Shown: positions 18,922 through 28,229 of the stretch, piece after piece
Numbering within the stretch: the stretch's first letter is position 1
How the letters are laid out: each line of letters starts with the position of its first letter
Assembly: GCA_902596545.1 (NCBI GenBank)
Contig: CACJUH010000004.1
Span: forward strand, 25,170-89,169
Reading direction: 5' to 3'
DNA from: an uncultured Candidatus Actinomarina sp.
GTDB taxonomy: Bacteria; Actinomycetota; Acidimicrobiia; Actinomarinales; Actinomarinaceae
Length of the DNA: 64,000 bases
Made by a program: the position numbers and the translations under genes
Notes under the pieces: generated by a model
Databases searched by the model: none
Told to the model about the DNA's origin: nothing
The model's input: the letters and a program-made list of their open reading frames with translations, nothing else

Positions 18922-20014
18922 CCCTACAATGCATTATCCCTAGGGCTACAAAAATAGAAACCATAGCCGTCCCTCCATATGATACAAATGGCAATACAAT
19001 TCCTGTAATTGGTAACAAGTATACAGAAGCACCTAAATTTAAAACGGATTGAAAAAGTATCCATGCTCCTAAACCAGAAATAAATATTTTTTTAAATTCA
19101 TTTTTTTCTCTAACAGCAATTAAGAAGAAAGTAATGATACATATTGAAAGAATAAATATAAATATTAAGTACCCAATGAAACCATATTCTTCACCAATTA
19201 TTGATGATATAAAATCTGAATAAGCACTTGGCAAAGAACCCCATCTTGCTCTAGAAGTTCCTGGACCTAATCCAAGCATCCCCCCAGAACTTATTGCAAT
19301 TCGACTTTGATGAACCTGGTAACATGCACCTAATAATTCTTGACCCTCATTGCATATTTTTTCACTCCAAACCCTAATTCGTTCAGCTCTGTAAAATGCC
19401 GACATCAAAAAATATTTTCCAATGAACCACCCTCCTATTGAAAGCAGTGCTGGATAGATTAGTTTAATATTTGAAAATAAAAGTTGTATAAAAACTATGA
19501 AAGCAATTGTTGCTGTTGTACCATAATCAGGCTGTTGATAGATTAATATTATCGATATTGCTGGTATAAACCCTGTCCTTAATATTGTTTTTAAATCATG
19601 TTCCGATGTATGAATATTAGATAACTGTCTTGCTACAAAAAGAATAATGATTGGTTTTGCAATTTCACTTGGCTGAATTCTTATACTTCCTATTTCTAAC
19701 CAACGTGTACTACCAAAAAGATTTATTCCCAGAGTTGGTAAAACGAATAAAACAATAAGCATCAGGTATACAACTGGAGTAAGAAATTTGAATAAATATA
19801 TGTAATTGAGTTTTTTTATTACAAAAAAGGCACCGACTCCTATTAATATTGCTAATCCATGATTAGCTATCATGTAAAAACTGTCTGAGTAAATTCTTTG
19901 AGACTCTACAGCTGTAGCGGAAGATACAAGAAATACTCCGAAGATAAGTAGAAGTATCACTGAAATACCATTCAGTTTTATAAGATATTCATCAAGATAA
20001 AATTTAAGTTTCAT
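18911..20014 (-). CDS. ftsW: SEDS family cell division protein FtsW
   Basis: RWLEIGSIRIQPSEIAK, QPDYGT, GGMLGLGPG, SDFISSIIGEEYG, LPFVSYGG. Confidence 0.95.
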   Translation of the reverse strand: MKLKFYLDEYLIKLNGISVILLLIFGVFLVSSATAVESQRIYSDSFYMIANHGLAILIGVGAFFVIKKLNYIYLFKFLTPVVYLMLIVLFVLPTLGINLFGSTRWLEIGSIRIQPSEIAKPIIILFVARQLSNIHTSEHDLKTILRTGFIPAISIILIYQQPDYGTTATIAFIVFIQLLFSNIKLIYPALLSIGGWFIGKYFLMSAFYRAERIRVWSEKICNEGQELLGACYQVHQSRIAISSGGMLGLGPGTSRARWGSLPSAYSDFISSIIGEEYGFIGYLIFIFILSICIITFFLIAVREKNEFKKIFISGLGAWILFQSVLNLGASVYLLPITGIVLPFVSYGGTAMVSIFVALGIMHCRVDD

Positions 20015-21197
20015 TTTCAATCTCTTTTACTATTTTTTTGAAAAATTTTCCTCGGTCTTTGTAGTTTTTGAAATCATTGAAACTTGCACCTCCGCATGAA
20101 AAGAGAACTGTGTCACCTTCTTGCATCTCAGTCTTTATCAAGTTTTTAATTTCATTGATTGATTCGTATTTAATAATTTTTCTATTAAATTGATTTAAAT
20201 TTAATTTCATTTTGGACGGTACAATAATTTTTTTAACATCAGATGTAAGTTTTAATTCTTCACTAGGAATATTCTTAGTTAAACCATGAAGAATAAGAAT
20301 TATATTTTTTGATCTATTGATTGCATTTGTTACAGCATGAAAATTTGTTGCTTTTGAATCATTTATAAATTTTATATTTCCTTTAAAATCGATTCTTTCA
20401 TATCTATGTTCTAATTGTTCCAAGCCGACTAAGAAATTATGACAAGCTTCTTCTATATTGTCTTTATTTAAATCCAATAAATAAATCAAATCTAAAAAAG
20501 GTACTAATAATTCATTAGAAAAAGGCGTGTCTATATTTTTTAAGGATGAATACTCAGCATTAACATTTTTTTTAGTTTCATAATCTGCAAACTCTCGAAT
20601 TAAATCACTATAAACAAGGATGTTATTCTTTTTAGTGAATTTAATAATCTTGGACTTAGCTTCTAAATAATTCTTAAAATTTCCATGCCAGTCCAGATGG
20701 TCGCTTGCAATATTTAAAACTACTCCAAAATCAAGTGATAAGTTCCTTGAATAATGAAGTTGGTAACTAGATAGCTCTAATACAAGATATTCAAAATCTT
20801 TATTTATTGAATTTAATGGCGAAGTTCCTATATTGCCAGACGATATCGCTTCATGACCATTCTTCTTTAAAAATTCTTTAACAATATTTACAAATGATGT
20901 TTTGCCATTTGTTCCAGTTATTCCAATAATTTTTATACTTTTATCGTTATACCTAAAAAAGAGATCTAAATCAGTAGAAATATTTAAATTCTGTGATTTT
21001 ATTTTTGAAAGAAGTAAATTATCTGGAGGAATACCAGGAGAAATTATGACTTCATCAAATTCCATAAGATTATCAGTAATATCTCTGTCGAAATCAGAAA
21101 TATTATCATCGTAGATTTCAAAATCTATTTTGTTGTTAATAAAAAACTGTTCTACAGCTTTGCCTGTTTCACCATATCCAAATATTAATTTTTTCAC
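20004..21197 (-). CDS. murD: UDP-MurNAc-L-Ala--D-Glu ligase
   Basis: ISPGIP, GITGTNGKTS, LELSSYQL, LNIASDHLDWH, NDSKATN. Confidence 0.94.
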   Translation of the reverse strand: MKKLIFGYGETGKAVEQFFINNKIDFEIYDDNISDFDRDITDNLMEFDEVIISPGIPPDNLLLSKIKSQNLNISTDLDLFFRYNDKSIKIIGITGTNGKTSFVNIVKEFLKKNGHEAISSGNIGTSPLNSINKDFEYLVLELSSYQLHYSRNLSLDFGVVLNIASDHLDWHGNFKNYLEAKSKIIKFTKKNNILVYSDLIREFADYETKKNVNAEYSSLKNIDTPFSNELLVPFLDLIYLLDLNKDNIEEACHNFLVGLEQLEHRYERIDFKGNIKFINDSKATNFHAVTNAINRSKNIILILHGLTKNIPSEELKLTSDVKKIIVPSKMKLNLNQFNRKIIKYESINEIKNLIKTEMQEGDTVLFSCGGASFNDFKNYKDRGKFFKKIVKEIENET

Positions 21198-22256
21198 TTA
21201 ATTTCCAAACAAAACCCAGTCAGCATAAAAGAGCCCCAAACCAAGTACTACAAAAATTCCATTAATAATCCAAAATCTAACTATTACTGTTGTTTCAGCC
21301 CAGTTTTTCATTTCAAAATGATGGTGTAAAGGTGCCATTTTAAAAATTCGTTTTTTTCTATATCTAAAAGAAACGACCTGAATTATTACTGATCCAGCTT
21401 CTATTAAAAATAAGAAGCAAAAAAATAGAAGCAGCCCTTCTGCACCAAGTGAAATCAAAATTAATGGAAACATTGCACCAATAAAATGTGAGCCGACATC
21501 ACCCATGATTATTTTTGCTGGATTAGTATTCCACCACAAAAAGCCTAAACATGCACCTGACAAAGATGAAATCAAAAGTGAAATATCTACTGTTAAAAAA
21601 GAGTCACTAATAAAATTTGTGTAATATTCTGGATGCCTGTATATCCAAAATGAAATAACTAAAATACCAGCAAAACTAATTGAACTACTTCCAGCTACTA
21701 GCCCATCCAAACCATCTGTAAGATTTACCGCATTAGTAATACCTACAAAGACAAAAACTATTAATATCCATTTGAAAAATCCAATGTCTATACCAAAACC
21801 ACTAAATATATATAGTTGTGTTGAGTAGCCTAAATTGTAAATATATACAGCTGCCAATATACCTGCTAAAAACTGTAGTCCAAATTTTTGTTTGACCGTA
21901 AGACCTAAATTTCTATTACCTTTTACTTTTAAATAATCATCAACTAAACCAACTAAAGCCATAGCTATCGCAATAATTAATAAAGCTAAAACATCTTCAT
22001 TAATTCTTCTTAAAACAACCTCAAAACCTCTACCTATAGTCCAAAAGTTTATGTGTGAAGCAAAAAATCCGAAAGAAGTACCAAGAATCAAGAAAATTCC
22101 TCCCATTGTGGGTGTCCCTTTTTTATGTTCGTGGTGAATAACTTCTTCTTGAATATTTTGTCCTATATTTCTACTCTTGAAATAATTTACTCCTAAAAAT
22201 GTTGATACAAGAACAAATAAAAAACTTAATCCTCCTGATACGATTATTCCAATCAT
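21198..22256 (-). CDS. mraY: Phospho-MurNAc-pentapeptide transferase
   Basis: KKGTPTMGG, DDYLK, NAVNLTDGLDGL, IMGDVGS, MAPLHHHFE. Confidence 0.97.
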   Translation of the reverse strand: MIGIIVSGGLSFLFVLVSTFLGVNYFKSRNIGQNIQEEVIHHEHKKGTPTMGGIFLILGTSFGFFASHINFWTIGRGFEVVLRRINEDVLALLIIAIAMALVGLVDDYLKVKGNRNLGLTVKQKFGLQFLAGILAAVYIYNLGYSTQLYIFSGFGIDIGFFKWILIVFVFVGITNAVNLTDGLDGLVAGSSSISFAGILVISFWIYRHPEYYTNFISDSFLTVDISLLISSLSGACLGFLWWNTNPAKIIMGDVGSHFIGAMFPLILISLGAEGLLLFFCFLFLIEAGSVIIQVVSFRYRKKRIFKMAPLHHHFEMKNWAETTVIVRFWIINGIFVVLGLGLFYADWVLFGN

Positions 22257-23650
22257 TAGATGCTTAACTCTTCTCTAACAACTTCAATATCATCAAATTC
22301 ATACAATTCGTCACCTATTTCTTGAAATTTTTCATGTCCTTTACCTAATACTAGTAGTGTGCTTTTACCATCTAGGAGGTTTACACCTTTGCTTATAGCT
22401 TCTCTTCTATTTAAAATGATCTCTACATTTTTCTTAAGATCAATTCCTTCAAGTATTTGTTTTGATATATCAAGTTGGTCTTCTTTCCTTGGGTTATCGT
22501 TAGTAATAATTATTTTTTCAGCATTTTGAGAAGCTGTACCCATAAATTTTCTTTTTGACTTATCACGATCTCCTCCTGCTCCAAAAACTACAATTACGTC
22601 TTTTTTATATCTTTCTTTTGTATATTTAATCACTTTTTCTATTGCATCAGGTGTATGAGAATAGTCTACGATGATATCACCTTTTGCATAATTGATCACT
22701 TCGTATCTTCCTTTTGGATTTTTTAAAAGGGGTATTTGATCTTTAAGCTCATTAATATCTTTAACTTTTGAAAAATAAGCCATGCTAAAAGCCAAAAGAA
22801 AATTGTAAATAATTTCTGGACCTGATAAGTAAAGTTTTGAATTCACATTTATTCCATCAATATCAAAATCAATTGAATCATTAGTGTATGAATTTAATTG
22901 AACATTGTTATTCTTTGTATTGCCAATAGAAAAACCACTAGAATCATAAATTTGATTTAATTTTTCACCATAATTTGAAACTATGTATGCAAACTGATCT
23001 GAGATTTTTTTATTGAATAGCTTTGTCTTTGCTTCAAAATACTCATCCATTGTGTTGTGGTAATCTAAATGATCTTGACTTAAATTTGTAAATCCTGACA
23101 TTTTGAAATATAAACCATTTAATCTTTTTTGGTCTAAAGCATGAGAAGAAACCTCAAGAACCACATTGCTTATATCTCTATCAACTAAGGACAACATTTT
23201 TACAAGATTAAATAGTTTTGGTGTTGTTAAATGTTCCTCTTTTGTAAATTCAAAAAGATTATCTTCGTCAATAGTTCCTACAAAAATTGAGGAATCTCCA
23301 AGTAGAGAGTTTAGTAAGTGGGCAGTAGTTGTTTTTCCATTTGTTCCTGTAATACCAAAAAATGTTTTATTTTTAAAATCAGGATTTATGTTCTTCAAAA
23401 TATCTTCAAAAACTTTTTCATAATCTTCGAATCTATATACCTTCTCATCGAAAATTTTAGATTTTGAACTGGTTAAAATTTTGTCTACATCTTTACTCAA
23501 TGCTTCTTTTATCAAATAGTCTAACTTTTCAATATCTTCATTATCAATACATAAAATTGAACCAGGTTTTAGGTCAAGTGTTGAATTTACAATTACCGAA
23601 AAATCTAAATTCATTCCCGAATATTCTTCATAATTATAAATTTTATTCAT
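22256..23650 (-). CDS. murE: UDP-MurNAc-dipeptide--meso-DAP ligase
   Basis: GITGTNGKTT, LEVSSHAL, TNLSQDHLDYH, FGAGGDRD, DNPR (meso-DAP specificity motif). Confidence 0.95.
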   Translation of the reverse strand: MNKIYNYEEYSGMNLDFSVIVNSTLDLKPGSILCIDNEDIEKLDYLIKEALSKDVDKILTSSKSKIFDEKVYRFEDYEKVFEDILKNINPDFKNKTFFGITGTNGKTTTAHLLNSLLGDSSIFVGTIDEDNLFEFTKEEHLTTPKLFNLVKMLSLVDRDISNVVLEVSSHALDQKRLNGLYFKMSGFTNLSQDHLDYHNTMDEYFEAKTKLFNKKISDQFAYIVSNYGEKLNQIYDSSGFSIGNTKNNNVQLNSYTNDSIDFDIDGINVNSKLYLSGPEIIYNFLLAFSMAYFSKVKDINELKDQIPLLKNPKGRYEVINYAKGDIIVDYSHTPDAIEKVIKYTKERYKKDVIVVFGAGGDRDKSKRKFMGTASQNAEKIIITNDNPRKEDQLDISKQILEGIDLKKNVEIILNRREAISKGVNLLDGKSTLLVLGKGHEKFQEIGDELYEFDDIEVVREELSI

Positions 23651-25326
23651 TACTCTCCTGGTACTAGGTTGCTGACAATTGTTTTAAATATCGGAGCAGC
23701 AGTTGATCCTCCTGTAACGTATTCAGATGCGGGGTTAACAGAAGCTCCCCATAAAATAATTGATCCAACAACAGGTCCTTCTAGTGTTTGAATAAATCCA
23801 GTAAAAGAAGTATTAAATCTAAAATCTGAATAGCCATCTCCCTCAATATGAGTTCTACTGGTCCCAGTCTTTCCTCCAATTATATAATTATCAAGTTTCA
23901 ATGACTTTCCTGTTCCATTAACACCCTCTACAACATTTATTAAGAGATTTCTTAGTCTTTCAGACATTTCAACACTTATTACCTGTTGAATATTTGAACT
24001 TTCTGTAGGTTTTTTTATTAATGACAAATTTATATTCTTACCGCCATTTGCAATAATACTATATGCTTTGACCATTTGAAGTTGCGTTACATTAACCGAG
24101 TAACCGATTGATAGTGAACTTAAACAGGTTTTACAAATGTTATATTCGGTGAAACTTCCCTTTATCTCGCCGGTCAATTCCACTCCTGTTCTTTCACCAA
24201 AACCAAATTTATGAAGATAGTCTTCTAAATAATTTATATCCAAATCTTTCGTAGCAAGAATTGTCCCAACATTTGATGAGCGCTCTATTATTTCCTTAAT
24301 AGATATTTCATATGGCTCGTGCTTTAAGAAATCTCTATAACATCCTTTTAGACCATCGTAATTATTGGCACAGGATCCCTCTATAATTTCGATTTTATCG
24401 TCAACTAAATATTTAGTATTTTCATCAAATAATCCTTGTTCGATACCTGCACCTATAGAAAAAATTTTTAATGAAGAACCAGGCTCGTACTGAGCTCTAA
24501 TACTCAATAGGTCTATATTTAAACTATTTTCAAGATTTCCACTTTTTTCGGCAGCAATTAATATTTCTCCTGTATTTGCATTAGCAAAAACAATAGAACA
24601 ATTTAATGCTTCAGTCTTTTCCAGTGCCTCAGAACATAGATTTTCACTTATAAATTGCAATTCGGAATCTAGTGTCAAAATTAAATCTTTTCCGTGAGTT
24701 GGTTGAATAGTTTTAATAGGTGCCTGAGGAATAATTTTTCCATTCGGTGAAGCTTCATATTTAATTTCACCATCTATTCCTTTAAGTGATGAGTCAAAAT
24801 AAAGCTCTAACCCTTCTATCCCATTTTCGTCAGGATCAACTTTTCCTATAATTTTTGAAACTGAATTAGAGTGTATTACACGATTAAATGACGGTTCTAA
24901 AACGACCCCTTCAAGATTCCAACTTTTTATTTCTTCCCCTTTTTCATAATCTATATTTCTATCTAGATAAAAAAAGTTAGTTGTGGATATTATCCTTTTA
25001 TGTAATAAATCTTTTTCTATAAATAATATTGCAGATAGTGAATTTACTACTTCATCTAAATTGTCAATTTTTGTTGGAAAAATTCCAATATTATATGACC
25101 GAGAACTTGAAGATAATACTAAGAGATTTTTGTCATAGATATTGCCTCTTGACGCTTTTAGCTTTTCAGTTTTAACTCGATAAGATAAAGCTTGGTTTTT
25201 AAAATAATCAGAATTTGTAAATTGAAGTTCATACACTGTTGATATAAAAACATACGAAGAACCTAAAACTGTAAAAATCACTACAAAGATTAGAAAATAA
25301 TTTTTTAATCTTTGAAAATTAGTCAT
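23650..25326 (-). CDS. ftsI: Class B penicillin-binding protein FtsI
   Basis: N-terminal TM, RGNIYD, SxxK (EPGSSLK), SSN, KTGT. Confidence 0.93.
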   Translation of the reverse strand: MTNFQRLKNYFLIFVVIFTVLGSSYVFISTVYELQFTNSDYFKNQALSYRVKTEKLKASRGNIYDKNLLVLSSSSRSYNIGIFPTKIDNLDEVVNSLSAILFIEKDLLHKRIISTTNFFYLDRNIDYEKGEEIKSWNLEGVVLEPSFNRVIHSNSVSKIIGKVDPDENGIEGLELYFDSSLKGIDGEIKYEASPNGKIIPQAPIKTIQPTHGKDLILTLDSELQFISENLCSEALEKTEALNCSIVFANANTGEILIAAEKSGNLENSLNIDLLSIRAQYEPGSSLKIFSIGAGIEQGLFDENTKYLVDDKIEIIEGSCANNYDGLKGCYRDFLKHEPYEISIKEIIERSSNVGTILATKDLDINYLEDYLHKFGFGERTGVELTGEIKGSFTEYNICKTCLSSLSIGYSVNVTQLQMVKAYSIIANGGKNINLSLIKKPTESSNIQQVISVEMSERLRNLLINVVEGVNGTGKSLKLDNYIIGGKTGTSRTHIEGDGYSDFRFNTSFTGFIQTLEGPVVGSIILWGASVNPASEYVTGGSTAAPIFKTIVSNLVPGE

Positions 25327-25643
25327 TTTCCAAAACCCAAAACAATTACAGGATTTGAATCTTCATTTAATTTGTAGGGTCTTACTAAATCAAAATTTTT
25401 CTTGTGAATATCTAATCTTTTAAAATTAATTTCCTTTGAAAGTTTTTCAATATTTCCAATTGAAAATTCTTCAGTATGTTTTAAATGAACCTTAGACTCT
25501 TCAATTTGAAGTATTACAATTTCATTATTAATTTGCTCTAAATCACTAGATAATTCATTAATTTTTAAGTTGAAATACAAATCTGAAAGCATTGACAAAA
25601 TAAAAACACTTGCCATTAGTAACATAATATTTCTAAATTTCAT
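25323..25643 (-). CDS. ftsL: Probable FtsL-like septal protein
   Basis: TM plus leucine-zipper coiled coil; position between rsmH and ftsI. Confidence 0.7.
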   Translation of the reverse strand: MKFRNIMLLMASVFILSMLSDLYFNLKINELSSDLEQINNEIVILQIEESKVHLKHTEEFSIGNIEKLSKEINFKRLDIHKKNFDLVRPYKLNEDSNPVIVLGFGK

Positions 25644-26554
25644 ATTTTCACCACATATCTCAAAGTAGCTGAAGCTGATCTTGAATTTTTATTGATTTCA
25701 TCATCTGATGGAAATAATTTTTTATTCTTACCAAATTTAAATTTTTGAATCGTATCACAATTGCAAATTGGAATTCTCGGATTGCAAACACATGTAATAG
25801 TTAAATCATTAAAAATATCTTTAACTATTTTGTCTTCAAGAGAGTGATAGGTAAGACAAACAATTACACCACCCGGTTTAATAAAGTTTTTAATTTTATT
25901 TATCGATAAAGTAATCTCCTCAAGTTCATTATTTACATAAATTCTTATTGCTTGAAAACATCTTTTTATTGTCTGATTTATATATTTTGGATTTTGTTTT
26001 CCTAATACATTTTTTAAAACTTTAGAAAAATCTTCGGTCGATTTTAATGGTCTTGAGTTAGAAATTGCTTTTGCTATTTTACGAGAATTTTTTTCACCAG
26101 AATATTTATACAAAATATTTGCAATATCTTCTTCTTCAAATTGATTTAATACTTCATCTGCAGTAATTCTGTCATCTTGGTTCATTCTCATGTCTAGTGG
26201 TCCCTGATTCAAATATGAAAATCCTCTATCTGGGTTATCAATTTGATGTGAGGAAATACCAAAGTCATAGAAAACTCCTGATATATCCAAAATATTTTTA
26301 ATAGATAATACATCAGTAATGTTTGAAAATTTTATATTTAAGACTTCATCAGAGGAATTCTTAACTGCTTCTAAATCTCTATCTATTCCAATAAATTTAA
26401 GATGGCTGTTCTTTTGTTTTAAGTAGTTAAAATGCGAACCAAAACCGTAAGTAGCATCTACAAATATTCCTGCAGGTGAATTAGATACTATTTCATTAAC
26501 TTCGGATATCATTACTCCGTCATGCTTTAAGTACCCTACCCTGTTGTTATTCAT
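25640..26554 (-). CDS. rsmH: 16S rRNA m4C1402 methyltransferase RsmH (MraW)
   Basis: VDATYGFGSH, DFGISSHQ, RGFS, PLDMRM, FQAIRIYVNNEL, YHSLED, NSRSASA. Confidence 0.96.
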   Translation of the reverse strand: MNNNRVGYLKHDGVMISEVNEIVSNSPAGIFVDATYGFGSHFNYLKQKNSHLKFIGIDRDLEAVKNSSDEVLNIKFSNITDVLSIKNILDISGVFYDFGISSHQIDNPDRGFSYLNQGPLDMRMNQDDRITADEVLNQFEEEDIANILYKYSGEKNSRKIAKAISNSRPLKSTEDFSKVLKNVLGKQNPKYINQTIKRCFQAIRIYVNNELEEITLSINKIKNFIKPGGVIVCLTYHSLEDKIVKDIFNDLTITCVCNPRIPICNCDTIQKFKFGKNKKLFPSDDEINKNSRSASATLRYVVKI

Positions 26555-26556
26555 AC

Positions 26557-26633
26557 CCAGCTCTCTAGCACTGGCACCAATTGGAAAGTTGGGCGGAGTA
26601 AGGGTGTTCCAATTTAGTTGTCTAGAGAGCTGG
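26557..26633 (-). ncRNA. Structured cis-regulatory hairpin, probable mraW RNA motif
   Basis: Perfect 12-bp outer stem (26557-26568/26622-26633), 8-bp inner stem (26579-26586/26607-26614), 20-nt loop containing UACUCCGCCCAAC; GC-rich in an AT-rich genome; ends 2 nt before the rsmH ATG, where the actinobacterial mraW motif occurs. Family assignment is from memory, not a search. Confidence 0.75.
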
Positions 26634-26641
26634 CTATGAAC

Positions 26642-27067
26642 TTATCCTTTCACTTCGTTTATATTTGCAAAGGCTTTATCAGCTTCGTTTTGAATTTTCT
26701 TCCAACTTCTAGTTGACCAAACTTCCACAACGGGACCTGAACCAGTTACAGTAACTTCTTCATTGATATCAATTCCGCTATATACTCGCAAGTTTTCAGG
26801 TATTTGCACCCTTCCTGCTGAGTCTATTTTTACATCAATAGCACCACTAAATAAAGCCCTTCTTAATTGCCTTGATGTTCTGTCTGTGGATGGAAGTGAA
26901 GCCATTTTTATTGCTTCTTCTTCCCAATTTGATTTAGTTAGTATTTGGAGACAGTTGTCTTGTCCCTTGGTGATCACACAGCCCTGTTGAAGCTCGTCTC
27001 TAAACTTTGATGGTATTACAACCCTACCTTTAGAGTCCATTGTATGTTGAAACTCACCAAGGAACAC
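26642..27067 (-). CDS. mraZ: Division/cell wall cluster transcriptional repressor MraZ
   Basis: MFLGEFQHTMDSKGRVVIPSKFR, DSAGRVQIP, VEVWS; GTG start with GGCGGAG SD. Confidence 0.97.
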   Translation of the reverse strand: MFLGEFQHTMDSKGRVVIPSKFRDELQQGCVITKGQDNCLQILTKSNWEEEAIKMASLPSTDRTSRQLRRALFSGAIDVKIDSAGRVQIPENLRVYSGIDINEEVTVTGSGPVVEVWSTRSWKKIQNEADKAFANINEVKG

Positions 27068-27090
27068 TTTCTCCGCCTTTCGTGCCTTGA

Positions 27091-27140
27091 ACCACTTTTA
27101 CACATTATATGACACTATCTACCACTTTGCAACACTTTTT
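27091..27140 (-). promoter_or_regulatory. dcw promoter (-35 TTGCAA, 17 bp, -10 TATAAT) overlapped by five 10-bp-phased MraZ-type boxes
   Basis: Minus strand: AAAAAGTGTT GCAAAGTGGT AGATAGTGTC ATATAATGTG TAAAAGTGGT; -35 at 27132-27127, -10 at 27109-27104. Confidence 0.8.
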
Positions 27141-27153
27141 GATAAAAATTTTT

Positions 27154-27666
27154 TTATGCTGAAATTAAATATTCTTCCCATGATGGATCGGGATTTGATC
27201 CAACGATTGTTTTTATCCAAAAAGCTCCAACAGGTTGTTGGGGGTTTCTTTTTAATTTTAACCTAGTATCTGTGAGATCTTTATCAGCTTTAATTAAATT
27301 ACATTTTTTACAACAAGCAACAACATTATCCCAGATATGCTCTCCCCCTTTAGATTTTGGAATAATATGGTCTACTGATTCTGCTTGAGCTCCACAATAT
27401 TGACAAGTGTAAAAATCTCTTATGAAGATATTTTCCTTATTTAAAGCAACTCTCCTTGAATAAGGTGCATTAACAAAATAGTTCAATAATGCAACGTTAG
27501 GTAAAGCAATTCGTTTATTTTCTGATTTAAATATTATTTCAGAATCATTTATGGAATTTATTTTTTTGTTTATTAATAATGATATTGCTCTGTTAAATGG
27601 AACAACAGATAGCGGCTGGTAAGTGGAGTTTAAAATAAGAGTTCTATGGCTACGATATTTTTCCAT
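27154..27666 (-). CDS. HNH endonuclease (McrA-like, common actinobacterial family)
   Basis: LILNSTYQPL, RD..CQYCG...SVDHIIPKSKGG...NVVACCKKCN.IK. Confidence 0.92.
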   Translation of the reverse strand: MEKYRSHRTLILNSTYQPLSVVPFNRAISLLINKKINSINDSEIIFKSENKRIALPNVALLNYFVNAPYSRRVALNKENIFIRDFYTCQYCGAQAESVDHIIPKSKGGEHIWDNVVACCKKCNLIKADKDLTDTRLKLKRNPQQPVGAFWIKTIVGSNPDPSWEEYLISA

Positions 27667-27688
27667 AAATTAACATTAGGTAAAAATT

Positions 27689-28180
27689 TTATGCTTGCAG
27701 TTGTTGACTAAGTACATCATCTTCTACTTTAGTCAATAAATTTAAAAATCTTTCTTTATCTAATTCAAATTTTGATACATCTTCTTTAACTTCTTTTGTA
27801 ATATTATCAATTGTCTCAAAAAATGTAAGTTGTCCATTTTTAAGAGCATCTAACACCTCTTCATCACCTACGGTATAAATTGTGCTTCCATCAGAAACTA
27901 ATTTAACTTCAGACAAATGTTGGGTCAAATCACCATTTTTTGATAAGTATCTCCAAGCTCTTCTTACTCTTTGAATACTCATTCCATTATCAAGCAAAGT
28001 TTTGATTACTCTTAATGCAACAATGTCTCTGAAAGAATACATCTTTGGAACACCGGGTTTTCCATTTGATGATTGTATTGATGGATTAACAAGGTTCACT
28101 TTGTCCCAATATCTTAATTGGTGAGATGTGCATCCTGATAAATAACAAGCTTGCTTAGATGTAAATGCATCTTTTTTCAA
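27689..28180 (-). CDS. MerR family transcriptional regulator (Rv1830/McdR-like)
   Basis: QLRYWDK...PSI...YSFRDIVALRVIKTLLDNGMSIQRVR...LVSDGSTIY; TTG start with AGGAG SD. Confidence 0.88.
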   Translation of the reverse strand: MKKDAFTSKQACYLSGCTSHQLRYWDKVNLVNPSIQSSNGKPGVPKMYSFRDIVALRVIKTLLDNGMSIQRVRRAWRYLSKNGDLTQHLSEVKLVSDGSTIYTVGDEEVLDALKNGQLTFFETIDNITKEVKEDVSKFELDKERFLNLLTKVEDDVLSQQLQA

Positions 28181-28229
28181 AACCTTACTCCTATAAAAAA
28201 TCGATGTATATTTAATTTAATTTAAAGAT

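Noticed and set aside
27091-27140. Phased repeats as a mini-CRISPR, iteron or DnaA-box array
   Set aside because: Units are 10 bp with only a short conserved core, do not match TTATCCACA, and fit the known MraZ operator at the expected location
27154-27666. HNH gene as a homing endonuclease, mobile element or defence nuclease
   Set aside because: Matches the widespread chromosomal actinobacterial HNH type; no intron, intein, repeats, methylase or integrase nearby
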